Part shown: positions 9,257 through 18,892 of the stretch, one piece after another
How positions within the stretch are numbered: the first letter of the stretch is position 1
Layout of the letters: the number at the start of each line of letters is the position of its first letter
DNA from: Longimicrobiales bacterium
GTDB lineage: Bacteria > Gemmatimonadota > Gemmatimonadetes > Longimicrobiales > Gaopeijiaceae
Assembly (NCBI GenBank): GCA_028280525.1
Contig: JANQLR010000329.1
Location: forward strand, 1 to 61,539
DNA: 61,539 nt
Reading direction: 5' to 3'
The notes under the pieces: generated by a model
What the model was told of the DNA's origin: nothing
Seen by the model: only the letters and a program-made list of their open reading frames with translations
Databases searched by the model: none
Position numbers and translations under genes: made by a program

Positions 9257-10459
9257 ATGTCCGGAACGAAAGGCACCATCGCGATCCTCACCGGCGGCGG
9301 AGACGTCCCCGGCCTCAACCCGGCCATCCGCGCCGTCACCATCCGCGCAACCCGCGAGGGGTACCGCGTCCTGGGGATCCGCCGGGGTTGGCGCGGCCTC
9401 GTGGACTTCGTGCCGGATGAGCAGGCGGACAACTCCTCCTGCGTCGTGGAGCTCACCGAGCAGCTGGTGAACCGGGTCGGACGGACCGGCGGGACCTTCC
9501 TCCACACGAGCCGCACCCGGGCGAGCCACCTGCCGAAGGCGTTCGTGCCCGAACACCTGCGGGAGAAGTACACCGACGAGATCAACGACATCACACCGGA
9601 GATCCTGAAGAATCTCGAGTTCCTCGGCGTCGACACGCTGATCCCGATCGGGGGTGACGACACCCTGTCGTATGGGCATCGCCTCCACACGGAGGGGGTG
9701 AAGGTCGTCGCGATCCCGAAGACGATGGACAACGACGTCGGCGGGACGGAGTACTGCATCGGCTTCTCGACCTGCGTTACCCGCACGATCGAGCTGACCC
9801 ACCGCCTGCGCACCTCGACCGGATCCCACGAGCGGATCGCGGTCGTGGAGGTCTTCGGACGGTACGCGGGCTTCACCGCACTCCTGCCGACCATGGCCGG
9901 TGCCGCGGACCGATGCGTGATCCCGGAGGTCCCGGTCGACCCCGAGCACCTGACGGAGCTCCTGGTGAAGGACCGGCGCCGTAACCCGTCGCACTACTCG
10001 GTCGTTCTGGTCTCGGAGGGCGCGAAGTTCACGCACTCCGACGACATGATCTTCGAGAACGACGAGGCCGACCAGTTCGGCCACAGGAAGCTCGGGGGTG
10101 TCGGCGACCAGGTGGCGGAGTACATCAAGCAGCACTCGCCGACCTTCAACGACGGCAAGCGCGTCAACATCGTCAATCAGCGCCTCGGGTATCTGGTGCG
10201 CTCCGGGGACCCGGACGCCCTCGACTCCCTCGCGCCGATGGCCTTCGGCAATCTGGCCCTCGACCTGGTCCTGCAGGGGAAGAGCGGGATGCTCGTCGCG
10301 GTGCGCGACGGCGTCTACTCGTCGATCGAGCTCGACGCGGTCATGGAGAAGAAGGTCGTGGACGCGAGCGCCTTCTACGACGCCGCCCGGCTCCGCCCGG
10401 AGTACGACACCTTCCCGGGGCGCCCCCTCCTGATCGCGACGGGGCTGGGCATGACCTGA
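9257..10459 (+). CDS. pfkA: 6-phosphofructokinase, predicted pyrophosphate-dependent
   Basis: ILTGGGDVPGLN, GGTFLHTSR, IGGDDTL, IPKTMDNDV, VEVFGRYAGF, LGYLVRSG. Confidence 0.9.
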   Translation: MSGTKGTIAILTGGGDVPGLNPAIRAVTIRATREGYRVLGIRRGWRGLVDFVPDEQADNSSCVVELTEQLVNRVGRTGGTFLHTSRTRASHLPKAFVPEHLREKYTDEINDITPEILKNLEFLGVDTLIPIGGDDTLSYGHRLHTEGVKVVAIPKTMDNDVGGTEYCIGFSTCVTRTIELTHRLRTSTGSHERIAVVEVFGRYAGFTALLPTMAGAADRCVIPEVPVDPEHLTELLVKDRRRNPSHYSVVLVSEGAKFTHSDDMIFENDEADQFGHRKLGGVGDQVAEYIKQHSPTFNDGKRVNIVNQRLGYLVRSGDPDALDSLAPMAFGNLALDLVLQGKSGMLVAVRDGVYSSIELDAVMEKKVVDASAFYDAARLRPEYDTFPGRPLLIATGLGMT

Positions 10460-10596
10460 CCGGAGAGGCGCTCACGCTGCGCCCCCGGGCACGAACTACC
10501 CCCGGCATTTGCGTCACGGGGGAGTGACAGAGACACTCGGGCTCGATCGGTGCGCCTTCCGGCGCACCTCGGGACCCGGCCGGGACGGGAGCGCAC

Positions 10597-11814
10597 GTGC
10601 GCAAGATCGACCTCGACAACTTCAGCCGAGCGACTCGGGATACTCCGCGGGACATCAACCGTCGGATCATCCTGAACCTCCTGCGGGAGAGCGGACCGCT
10701 CTCCCGTGCGGAGCTGTCGCGCCGAATGAAGGTGCCGAGAGGGATGATCACCTCCCTGGTGAACGACCTCCTCGAAGAGGGCTTCGTCATCGAGGGGACC
10801 ACCACCACGGCGCCCCGCGGACGGCGTCCGACCCTCCTGCACCTGCGGAGCCACGACCGCCTCGCCGTCGGCGTGGAGCTGCGGGCCAACCGAACCACCG
10901 TGCAGCTGAGCGACTTCGGGGGGACGGAGCTGGCTCGCGAGACCTTCGAGACGCCGGACACTCCGGAGACCTTCGTCGAGCTCCTCGGCAACCGCATCGC
11001 CCACCTGCTGGCGCCCGGGGAGCGGTCCGAGAACTGTGAAGGGGTGGGGATCGTGGTCCCGGGGATGGTGGACGGCCCGACCGGCCGGATCCTGGACGCC
11101 CCCACCCTCGGGTGGAAGAACGTCGACATCCGCTCCGCGCTCGAGCGGAGGCTCTGCGTGGACGTTCGCCTGGAGCGTGACGCGGTGGCCTGCGCCCTCG
11201 CTACCGTCTGGCACGGTGACCCCTCCGCCGCGGTCGACAACTTCGTGTACATGATCGTCTCGACCGGTGTGGGGACGGGGCTCGTCATCCACAATCAGCC
11301 GGTCCGGGGGCGTCACTTCAGCGCGGGCGAGTTCGGTCACGTCTCGCTCGACCGCGATGGACCCCGCTGCTCGTGCGGGAGTCGCGGCTGCCTGGAGGCA
11401 TACACCTCGGACATCGCGACCGTGGCCCGCTACCTCGGCGTTCCCTTCGAGGGGCGGGACACCCTGACCGCCGTGCGGCGGAGCGGCGTCGGCATTGCGG
11501 ATGTCGTCCAGCGGGCGGTCGAGGGAGACCCCGTGGCGGTGCAGGCCATCGAGGGGACGGCGGAGTACCTCGGCCGCGGCGTCGCCGCGATCGTGAAGGC
11601 GCTCGATCCGGCTCGGATCGTCATCGGTGGCGAGATCGTGGGCGCCTGGCCCCTCGTCGAGCCGGTCATCCGGGAGCAGCTCGCGCGCCAGCCGCTGGCA
11701 CACGCATTCGTGGACACCGTGATCGACGTCGACGACGAGCATCACGAGACCTATCTCAAGGGCGCCTCCGCCCTGATCGTGGCTCCCGCCTTCGCGGCTC
11801 CCACCATCGCCTGA
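10597..11814 (+). CDS. ROK-family transcriptional repressor (XylR/NagC-like)
   Basis: N-terminal wHTH (LSRAELSRR...RGRRP), GVGTGL, AGEFGH, CSCGSRGCLE zinc motif. Confidence 0.92.
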   Translation: MRKIDLDNFSRATRDTPRDINRRIILNLLRESGPLSRAELSRRMKVPRGMITSLVNDLLEEGFVIEGTTTTAPRGRRPTLLHLRSHDRLAVGVELRANRTTVQLSDFGGTELARETFETPDTPETFVELLGNRIAHLLAPGERSENCEGVGIVVPGMVDGPTGRILDAPTLGWKNVDIRSALERRLCVDVRLERDAVACALATVWHGDPSAAVDNFVYMIVSTGVGTGLVIHNQPVRGRHFSAGEFGHVSLDRDGPRCSCGSRGCLEAYTSDIATVARYLGVPFEGRDTLTAVRRSGVGIADVVQRAVEGDPVAVQAIEGTAEYLGRGVAAIVKALDPARIVIGGEIVGAWPLVEPVIREQLARQPLAHAFVDTVIDVDDEHHETYLKGASALIVAPAFAAPTIA

Positions 11815-11882
11815 CGCGGGGCTTTCGAGCCCCGACAGCGCGGGCGGAATCTCCCCCTCGCACGTGTGGGGAAACTCCCGGC

Positions 11883-11943
11883 TTGCAGATAAATGCGGGG
11901 ATTCGCATCATGCTCGCGCAATTTGTTTCCTCACCGAACGAAT
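11883..11943 (+). promoter_or_regulatory. Putative sigma70 promoter plus ROK operator of the susC operon
   Basis: TTGCAG-N17-CATCAT, followed by the palindrome ATTTGTTT-N7-GAACGAAT (11921-11943). Confidence 0.55.
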
Positions 11944-12052
11944 GCGGAGCCGTTACGGCGTCGTCATCGGGGGGGAGACGAACATTCCCGGTGGGTCGCC
12001 GGGAGGTGCCGGTGGGTGCCAGGATCGAACATCCCCGTGGAGGAATCTGGGA

Positions 12053-15000
12053 ATGACCAGAGTTCGTCGTTGTTTTCAATTGTGTCTCATGCTGCTCCTG
12101 GGCACCCCTCTCGCCGCGCAGGCCCAGACCGGGTCGGTGGTGGGACGGGTGTTCGACACGCAGACCATGCGACCCCTGTCCGGCGTGGTTCTCTCCGTCG
12201 GCGACGTCTCGGCTCTGAGCAACGAGTCGGGACGCTTCACACTCATCAACGTCCCCGTTGGAGCGCAGGTCGTGGAAGCCCAGATCATCGGGTACACGAC
12301 CGCGCGCGTGAACGTCGAGGTCTCCGCCGGAGAGGCGGTGGCGATCGACATCCGCATGGTCAGCGAGGCGCTTCAGCTCGCCACGATCGTCGTCACCGGG
12401 TACGGTGAGACGACCGAGGACGACCTGACCGGTGTGGTCGAGGCCGTCAGCGCCGAGGAGTTCAACCCTGGACGAGTGGTCTCCGCCGAGGAGCTGATCC
12501 AGGGTAAGGTCTCCGGCGTCCAGATCTACGACACCGGTGAGCCCGGTGGTGGCATGTCGATCCGGATCCGAGGTGGAACCTCGATCGCGTCGTCGAACGA
12601 GCCGCTCATCGTCGTGGACGGGATCCCGCTCGCGGTCGGAGGTGGAATCTCGACGGGTCGCAACCCGCTGAACTTCATCAACCCGAACGACATCGAGTCG
12701 GTCACGGTCCTGAAGGACGCCTCCGCGGCGGCGATCTACGGGTCGCGGGGCGCGAACGGCGTCATCCTGATCGAGACGAAGAAGGGCACCGCCGGCGAAG
12801 GGGCCGGCGCATCCTTCCAGTACGTCGGAAACGTCTCGAACATGGCGATCGACAACCAGGTCGACATTCTCGCGGCCGACCAGTACCGACAGGTCTTCGC
12901 CGGCTACGATCAGACCAACACCACGCTCGGCGGCGCGACCACCGACTGGCAGGACCTGATCCAGCGGAACGGTCTCGGTCAGGAGCACAACATCGCCGTG
13001 ACCGGTGGCGGACGGACGTCCTCGTACCGGGTGTCGCTCGGCTACCTCGAGCAGGAAGGCGTCATCCGCAATGCGGAGACGGAGCGACTCACCGCCTCGG
13101 TGAGTCTCAGCCAGCTCCTTCTGAACGACCGCCTGAACCTCGAGTTCAACGCGCGCGGCTCCCGCACCACCGACCTCTTCCAGCCGAGTGCCGTGATCGG
13201 CGACGCGGCAGCGATGGCGCCGACGCAGCCGGTCTTCGATGCGGACAGCGAGGCGGGCTTCTGGGAGTGGGAGGACGTTCTGGGGCCGAACAACCCGGAG
13301 GGCGCGCTCCAGCTCGAGGAGAACGAGGGGACCGTCTACCGCTCGATTGGAGGTCTCCGCGTCGAGGCCGAGCTCCCGTGGGTCGCCGGTCTCTCCCTGA
13401 CTTCGAACCTCGGGTACGACGTCACCCGCACCGAGAACCTCTTCTTCGCGCCGAGCATCATGCGGCAGCAGGCGGAGAGCGGTCAGAACGGGACGGTGTC
13501 CCGGTCGAACGGGACCTCGGTCAAGACGACCTTCGACACCTACCTCGACTACGGCCTCCCCGTGGGCGAGAGCAGCGATCTCGACATCACCGTCGGGTAC
13601 TCGTGGGAGGACTTCCGCAGCGACTTCCCCTCCTTCTTCGCCGAGGGTCTCAGCTTTGACCTGCTCGGGCCGAACGGGGTGCCGACCGCGGAGCTGCAGC
13701 AGACGCGGATCGACGTGCAGGAGAACCGACTGATCTCCTTCTTCAGCCGGGTCAACTACTCGATCTCCGACAAGTATCTCTTCACCGGGTCGATCCGCCG
13801 CGACGGGTCGTCGCGCTTCGGACCGGACGAGCAGTGGGGGATCTTCCCCTCCGCCGCCGCTGCGTGGCGTCTCTCGGACGAGGACTTCCTCGCCGACAGC
13901 GAGGTGATCTCGGACCTCAAGTTCCGCGTCTCGTGGGGCGTCACCGGGAACCAGGCCTTCGCCAACTACCAGCAGTTCTCCGACTACACCCTCGGTGATC
14001 CGCAGGCGCAGGCACAGTTCGGACAGACCTTCGTCCCGACCATCCGGCCCGCCGCGGCAGACCCGGGCATCAAGTGGGAGGAGACGACCTCGATCAACGT
14101 CGGATTCGACTTCGGGCTCTTCGAGGACCGCTTCACCGGTTCGGTAGAGTACTTCCAGCAGGACACGGACGACCTTCTGTTCACGGTCCCGGTGCCGGCC
14201 GGAACGAACCTCTCGAACTTCGTGACGACGAACATCGGCTCGCTCACGAACAACGGAATCGAGTTCGAGCTCGAGGGTGCGATCGTCCAGGCGGACAACC
14301 CGGGCGACTTCAGCTGGAACGCGCTCTTCAATCTCTTCACGCTCAACAACGAGCTGCAGAGCATCAACGCGTCGGCGGCGGGCAGTGAGGAGATCCTCGT
14401 CGGCGGAATCGCCGGGGGTGTCGGATCGAACATTCAGGTCCTTCGCCCGGGCTCGCCGGTCAACTCGTTCTTCGTGTACGAGCACATCCGTGACAGCAAT
14501 GGGAACCCGATCTACGCCGACACCGACGGGAACGGGACGATCAACGAGCTCGATCTGTACGTCGACCAGAACGACGACGGTGCCATCGATCAGTCCGACC
14601 GCCGTGCCTTCGAGGACCCCTTCGCGGACCTCTCACTGGCGCTGACGTCGTTCTTCGAGTGGAAGAACTTCGACGCCTCCTTCACGATGCGTGCGCAGTT
14701 CGGCAATCACGTGTACAACAACGTGGCGTCGAACCTGGGTCACCTCAGCCGCCTGCAGGGGAATGCTCCCACGAACCTGCACAGCTCGGTGCTGGAGACG
14801 AACTTCGACAACCCGCAGTACTTCTCGGACTACTACATCCAGGACGCGTCCTTCCTGCGCGTCGACAACTTCACTGTCGGCTACACCTTCTCGGATGGCC
14901 GCTTCTCCGGAGCCCGGCTCTTCGGGACGATCCAGAACGCCCTCACGATCACCGGCTACGAGGGGCTCGATCCGCTCGTCGGCATCGGGGGCATCGACAA

Positions 15001-15055
15001 CAACATCTTCCCGCGGGCCCGGACCTTCACGGCCGGACTCTCGTTCGGATTCTGA
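12053..15055 (+). CDS. susC: SusC/RagA-family TonB-dependent transporter
   Basis: Signal peptide, carboxypeptidase-reg-like domain, IRIRGGTSI..NEPLIVVDGIP, INPNDIESVTVLKDASAAAIYGSRGANGVILIETKKG, RRDGSSRFG, KWEET, terminal Phe. RBS GGAGG before ATG 12053. Confidence 0.95.
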   Translation: MTRVRRCFQLCLMLLLGTPLAAQAQTGSVVGRVFDTQTMRPLSGVVLSVGDVSALSNESGRFTLINVPVGAQVVEAQIIGYTTARVNVEVSAGEAVAIDIRMVSEALQLATIVVTGYGETTEDDLTGVVEAVSAEEFNPGRVVSAEELIQGKVSGVQIYDTGEPGGGMSIRIRGGTSIASSNEPLIVVDGIPLAVGGGISTGRNPLNFINPNDIESVTVLKDASAAAIYGSRGANGVILIETKKGTAGEGAGASFQYVGNVSNMAIDNQVDILAADQYRQVFAGYDQTNTTLGGATTDWQDLIQRNGLGQEHNIAVTGGGRTSSYRVSLGYLEQEGVIRNAETERLTASVSLSQLLLNDRLNLEFNARGSRTTDLFQPSAVIGDAAAMAPTQPVFDADSEAGFWEWEDVLGPNNPEGALQLEENEGTVYRSIGGLRVEAELPWVAGLSLTSNLGYDVTRTENLFFAPSIMRQQAESGQNGTVSRSNGTSVKTTFDTYLDYGLPVGESSDLDITVGYSWEDFRSDFPSFFAEGLSFDLLGPNGVPTAELQQTRIDVQENRLISFFSRVNYSISDKYLFTGSIRRDGSSRFGPDEQWGIFPSAAAAWRLSDEDFLADSEVISDLKFRVSWGVTGNQAFANYQQFSDYTLGDPQAQAQFGQTFVPTIRPAAADPGIKWEETTSINVGFDFGLFEDRFTGSVEYFQQDTDDLLFTVPVPAGTNLSNFVTTNIGSLTNNGIEFELEGAIVQADNPGDFSWNALFNLFTLNNELQSINASAAGSEEILVGGIAGGVGSNIQVLRPGSPVNSFFVYEHIRDSNGNPIYADTDGNGTINELDLYVDQNDDGAIDQSDRRAFEDPFADLSLALTSFFEWKNFDASFTMRAQFGNHVYNNVASNLGHLSRLQGNAPTNLHSSVLETNFDNPQYFSDYYIQDASFLRVDNFTVGYTFSDGRFSGARLFGTIQNALTITGYEGLDPLVGIGGIDNNIFPRARTFTAGLSFGF

Positions 15056-15088
15056 TCTGTCGTCGACCACGACAAGGACAACGAACCC

Positions 15089-16681
15089 ATGAGAAGAACG
15101 AACTTCCTACGGACCCTGGTCGCCGGCGCGGTGATGCTGGCGGGGGCCGGGTGCACCGATCTGCTGCTGGAGCCGAAGAGCACGGTCACCGGCGCGAACA
15201 TCTTCAACGACACCGCATCGTACCGGTCCTTCCTCGCGAAGCTCTACGCTGGCCTGGCTGTGACGGGCCAGCAGGGCCCCGCCGGTCAGGAGGACATCCT
15301 GGGCATCGACGAGGGCTTCAGCCACTACCTGCGTCTGCTCTGGCAGATGCAGGAACTCCCGACCGATGAGGCGGTGCTCGCCTGGAACGACGACGCCATC
15401 CAGCAGCTCAACACCCACACCTGGAACGCGGACAATCAGTTCCTGACCGGGATGTACTACCGGATCTTCTTCCAGGTCTCGATGGCGAACGAGTTCCTTC
15501 GCGAGACCACCGACGAAAGGCTCAGCGAGCGCGGCGTCGACGACGCCACCCGGCAGGAGGTCCAGCAGTTCCGGGCCGAGGCGCGCTTCCTGCGTGCGCT
15601 CAGCTACTGGCACGGCATCGACATCTTCGGGAACATCCCGCTCGTCGACGAGAACTTCGCGGTCGGCGCCACGCCGCCGGAGCAGGTGTCCCGGCAGCAG
15701 CTTTACGACTTCGTCGTGTCCGAGCTCCAGGCAATCAACAGTGAGCTGCCATCGCCCGGTGCGGGCGAGTACGGGCGCGCGGATCAGGGCGCCGTCGCGA
15801 TGCTTCTCGCGAAGCTCTACATGAATGCCGAGGTCTACACGGGGAGCGCGAACTACTCCGGTGCGATGGCCGAGGCGCAGCGGGTGATCTCGTCCGGAAT
15901 GTACCGGATCGAGGACAATCACCGCCTGAACTTCCTCGCCGACAACCACACCTCGGACGAGATCATCTTCGCCGTTCCGCAGGACGGTCGGAGAACGCGG
16001 TCCTTCGGGGGCACGACCTTCCTGCTCAACGCCTCGGTCGGCGGGAACATGAATAACTCGTCGTACGGAGTTCCCTCCGGAGGTTGGTGGGGACTTCGTG
16101 GACAGCCGGAGCTCATCGGGCTCTTCCCGGCCTCGGGAGACCGGCGTTTCGATGATGTGGTCTTCTCGGATGGCCACACGCTCTCGATCGGGGAGCTCAC
16201 GAACTTCTTCTCCGGCTACGCGATGCCGAAGTTCGAGAACAACACGTCGGGCGGGGCTGCCGGGTCCGACCCGCTTCACCCCGACACCGACTACCCGATG
16301 TTCCGTCTCGCCGACGCGTACCTCATGTACATCGAGGCGCACCTGCGCGGTGGCGGTGGATCGGAGACCGAGGCGCTCGCCTACGCGAACGAGCTTCGTG
16401 AGCGCGCCTACGGCGACGACAGCGGGAACATCACGTCGGGGGACCTGACCCTCGACTGGGTGCTCGACGAGCGTGCCCGCGAGCTGTACTGGGAGGGGCA
16501 TCGTCGCACCGATCTCATCCGCTTCGACGTCTTCACCGGATCCGACCGGGTGTGGGAGTGGAAGGGGAACGCTCAGGCGGGGACCGGGATTCCGTCCCAC
16601 TTCGACCTGTACCCGCTCCCGGCGTCGGAATTGACCGCCAACTCGACGCTGAGCCAGAACCCGGGCTACGGGGTCAACTGA
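15089..16681 (+). CDS. susD: SusD/RagB-family glycan-binding lipoprotein
   Basis: Lipobox LAGAGC, AEARFLRALSYW, MFRLADAYLMYIEA, DERARELYWEGHRRTDLIRF, QNPGY C-terminus. Confidence 0.95.
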   Translation: MRRTNFLRTLVAGAVMLAGAGCTDLLLEPKSTVTGANIFNDTASYRSFLAKLYAGLAVTGQQGPAGQEDILGIDEGFSHYLRLLWQMQELPTDEAVLAWNDDAIQQLNTHTWNADNQFLTGMYYRIFFQVSMANEFLRETTDERLSERGVDDATRQEVQQFRAEARFLRALSYWHGIDIFGNIPLVDENFAVGATPPEQVSRQQLYDFVVSELQAINSELPSPGAGEYGRADQGAVAMLLAKLYMNAEVYTGSANYSGAMAEAQRVISSGMYRIEDNHRLNFLADNHTSDEIIFAVPQDGRRTRSFGGTTFLLNASVGGNMNNSSYGVPSGGWWGLRGQPELIGLFPASGDRRFDDVVFSDGHTLSIGELTNFFSGYAMPKFENNTSGGAAGSDPLHPDTDYPMFRLADAYLMYIEAHLRGGGGSETEALAYANELRERAYGDDSGNITSGDLTLDWVLDERARELYWEGHRRTDLIRFDVFTGSDRVWEWKGNAQAGTGIPSHFDLYPLPASELTANSTLSQNPGYGVN

Positions 16682-16720
16682 CGCACCCGACCCCCGTGGG
16701 CGTCTCGCGAGGAGCGAGGC

Positions 16721-16781
16721 GCCTCCGGGGCTTCGGCCCCTTTCGGAGGCAGCCCGACCGTCATCAGGATGGTCGGGCTGT
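16721..16781 (+). terminator. Tandem stem-loops between susD and GH97
   Basis: GCCTCCG-GGGC-ttcg-GCCC...CGGAGGC immediately followed by CAGCCCGACC...GGTCGGGCTG. Confidence 0.55.
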
Positions 16782-16819
16782 CTTCGCATTCACCCAGTCG
16801 GATCGCTGGAGAATCGCAT

Positions 16820-18892
16820 ATGTCGCCGACCCGTCGGGCCCTCACCCACGCCCTGGTGTACGCCCCCCTCTTCTTCCTCCTCGCTCCGGATGGCACTGCA
16901 GGGCAGGACGCCTTCGACGGCGCCGCGGTGAGCTCCCCCGATGGCCGGACCGTGGTTCGCGTCGGCGAGGTCGACAGTCGTCTCGGCTGGGAGGTTCATC
17001 GAGACGGAGAGCCCCTCCTCCTTCCCGGCGCCCTCGGCTTCGAGTTCCGCGACGCCCCGGCCTTCGGTGAGGGCGTTGCGGTCGGGGAGCCGACCTTCGC
17101 CGAGCAGGACGAGTGGTGGGAGCAGCCGTGGGGGCAGGTTCGCCGCGTGCACGACCACCACAACGAGATGACGGTCGCGGTGACGGAGTCCGGGGCTCCG
17201 GGTCGGACGGTCCACGTGGTCGTGCGCGTCTTCGACGACGGGGTCGGGCTCCGCTACCGCTTCCCCGAGCAGGCGGGGTGGAGCGAGGCGGTCGTGATGG
17301 AGGAGCGCACCCAGTTCCACTTCGCCGACAACGGCCGCGCCTGGTGGATCCCCTCCGACTACGTCCGGCTCGATCGTTCGGAGATGCTCTACTCGAGCTC
17401 CCCGGTCTCGGTGGTCGATCGGGTGCAGACGCCGATCACGATCGAGTCGACCGACGGCGAGACGGCCCTGGTCGTGCACGAGGCGCACCTCGAAGGCTAC
17501 CCGCGGATGTTCCTCCGCTCGGTTGCGATCGAGGATCGCTCCCTCGTCGCCGACCTGGCGCCGATGGCCGACGGGACCAAGGCGTCGCTGATCTTCCCGG
17601 CCGAGACGCCGTGGCGGACGATCCAGATCGCGGACCGCGTGGAGGACCTCCAGCCCTCCACCCTCGCCCTCAACCTCAACCCGCCGAGCCGGATCGAGGA
17701 CACGAGCTGGATCGAGCCGATGAAGTACGTCGGCATCTGGTGGGGGATGCACATCAACACCTTCACCTGGGAGCAGGGCCCCATCCACGGCGCCACCACC
17801 GAGAACACGAAGCGCTACATCGACTTCGCCGCGGCGAACGGGATGCCCGGCGTCCTGGTCGAGGGGTGGAACGTCGGGTGGGACGGGGGCTGGATCACCA
17901 ACGGCGACGTCTTCTCCTTCACCGAGGCCTATCCGGACTACGACCTGGAGGAGGTCACCCGCTACGCCCGGGAGAAGGGCGCCGAGATCATCATGCACAA
18001 CGAGACCTCTGGCGGGATCTACAACTACGAGCGGCAGCTCGAGGAGGCCTTCGACCTCTACGAGTCGCTCGGGATCCGCTCGATCAAGTCGGGCTACGTG
18101 GCCGACACGATTCCGAGCGGGGACTCGCACTACTCGCAGGAGGCGGTCCGGCATCACCGGCTCGTCCTGGAGCGGGCGGCCGAGCATGGAATCATGATGA
18201 ATGTGCACGAGCCGATCCACGACACCGGCGAGCGGCGGACCTGGCCGAACATGATGACGCGCGAGGGCTCGCGCGGGCAGGAGTACAACGCCTGGTCCGG
18301 CGACGGCGGGAATCCACCCGAGCACGAGTCGATCCTCTTCTTCACCCGGATGATCCCGGGCCCGATGGACTTCACGCCGGGGATCGTCGACCTGATGAGG
18401 ACAAACCCGGACGGCTCGCCGCGCAACGAGTGGGAGGCTCGACCGCGCACGACGCTCGCCAAGCAGCTCGCTCTGTATGTGGTCCTCTGGTCGCCGATGC
18501 AGATGGCCGCCGACCTCCCCGAGAACTACGAGGGACACCCGGCGATGCGGTGGCTCCGCGCCGTCCCGGTCGATTGGGAGCAGACGGTGGTCCTGGACGC
18601 GGAGATCGGGGATCACGTGGTGGTGGCGCGGCAGGAGCGCGGCACCGACGCCTGGTACCTCGGCGCGGTGACCGACGAGCGGGCGCGCACCGTCGAGGTC
18701 GAGCTGGACTTCCTCGACGCGGGGCGGAGCTATCGCGCCGTGATCTTCGAGGATGGGGCGGGGGCGCACTGGAAGGACGACCCGCTCCCCATGGAGATCC
18801 GCGAGGTCACCGTGACGGGCGGCGACACCTTCCGGATCGAGCTCGCCCCGGGTGGGGGCCAGGCGGTCGAGTTCCTCCCCATGGCTCGATGA
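16820..18892 (+). CDS. GH97 alpha-glucosidase (SusB-like, inverting subfamily)
   Basis: TPWRTIQI, KYVGIWWGMH, HGATTENTKRYIDFAA, VEGWNVGW, IKSGY, HEP, REGSRGQEYNAW, GPMDFTPG, QMAADLPENY. Signal peptide present. Confidence 0.93.
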   Translation: MSPTRRALTHALVYAPLFFLLAPDGTAGQDAFDGAAVSSPDGRTVVRVGEVDSRLGWEVHRDGEPLLLPGALGFEFRDAPAFGEGVAVGEPTFAEQDEWWEQPWGQVRRVHDHHNEMTVAVTESGAPGRTVHVVVRVFDDGVGLRYRFPEQAGWSEAVVMEERTQFHFADNGRAWWIPSDYVRLDRSEMLYSSSPVSVVDRVQTPITIESTDGETALVVHEAHLEGYPRMFLRSVAIEDRSLVADLAPMADGTKASLIFPAETPWRTIQIADRVEDLQPSTLALNLNPPSRIEDTSWIEPMKYVGIWWGMHINTFTWEQGPIHGATTENTKRYIDFAAANGMPGVLVEGWNVGWDGGWITNGDVFSFTEAYPDYDLEEVTRYAREKGAEIIMHNETSGGIYNYERQLEEAFDLYESLGIRSIKSGYVADTIPSGDSHYSQEAVRHHRLVLERAAEHGIMMNVHEPIHDTGERRTWPNMMTREGSRGQEYNAWSGDGGNPPEHESILFFTRMIPGPMDFTPGIVDLMRTNPDGSPRNEWEARPRTTLAKQLALYVVLWSPMQMAADLPENYEGHPAMRWLRAVPVDWEQTVVLDAEIGDHVVVARQERGTDAWYLGAVTDERARTVEVELDFLDAGRSYRAVIFEDGAGAHWKDDPLPMEIREVTVTGGDTFRIELAPGGGQAVEFLPMAR

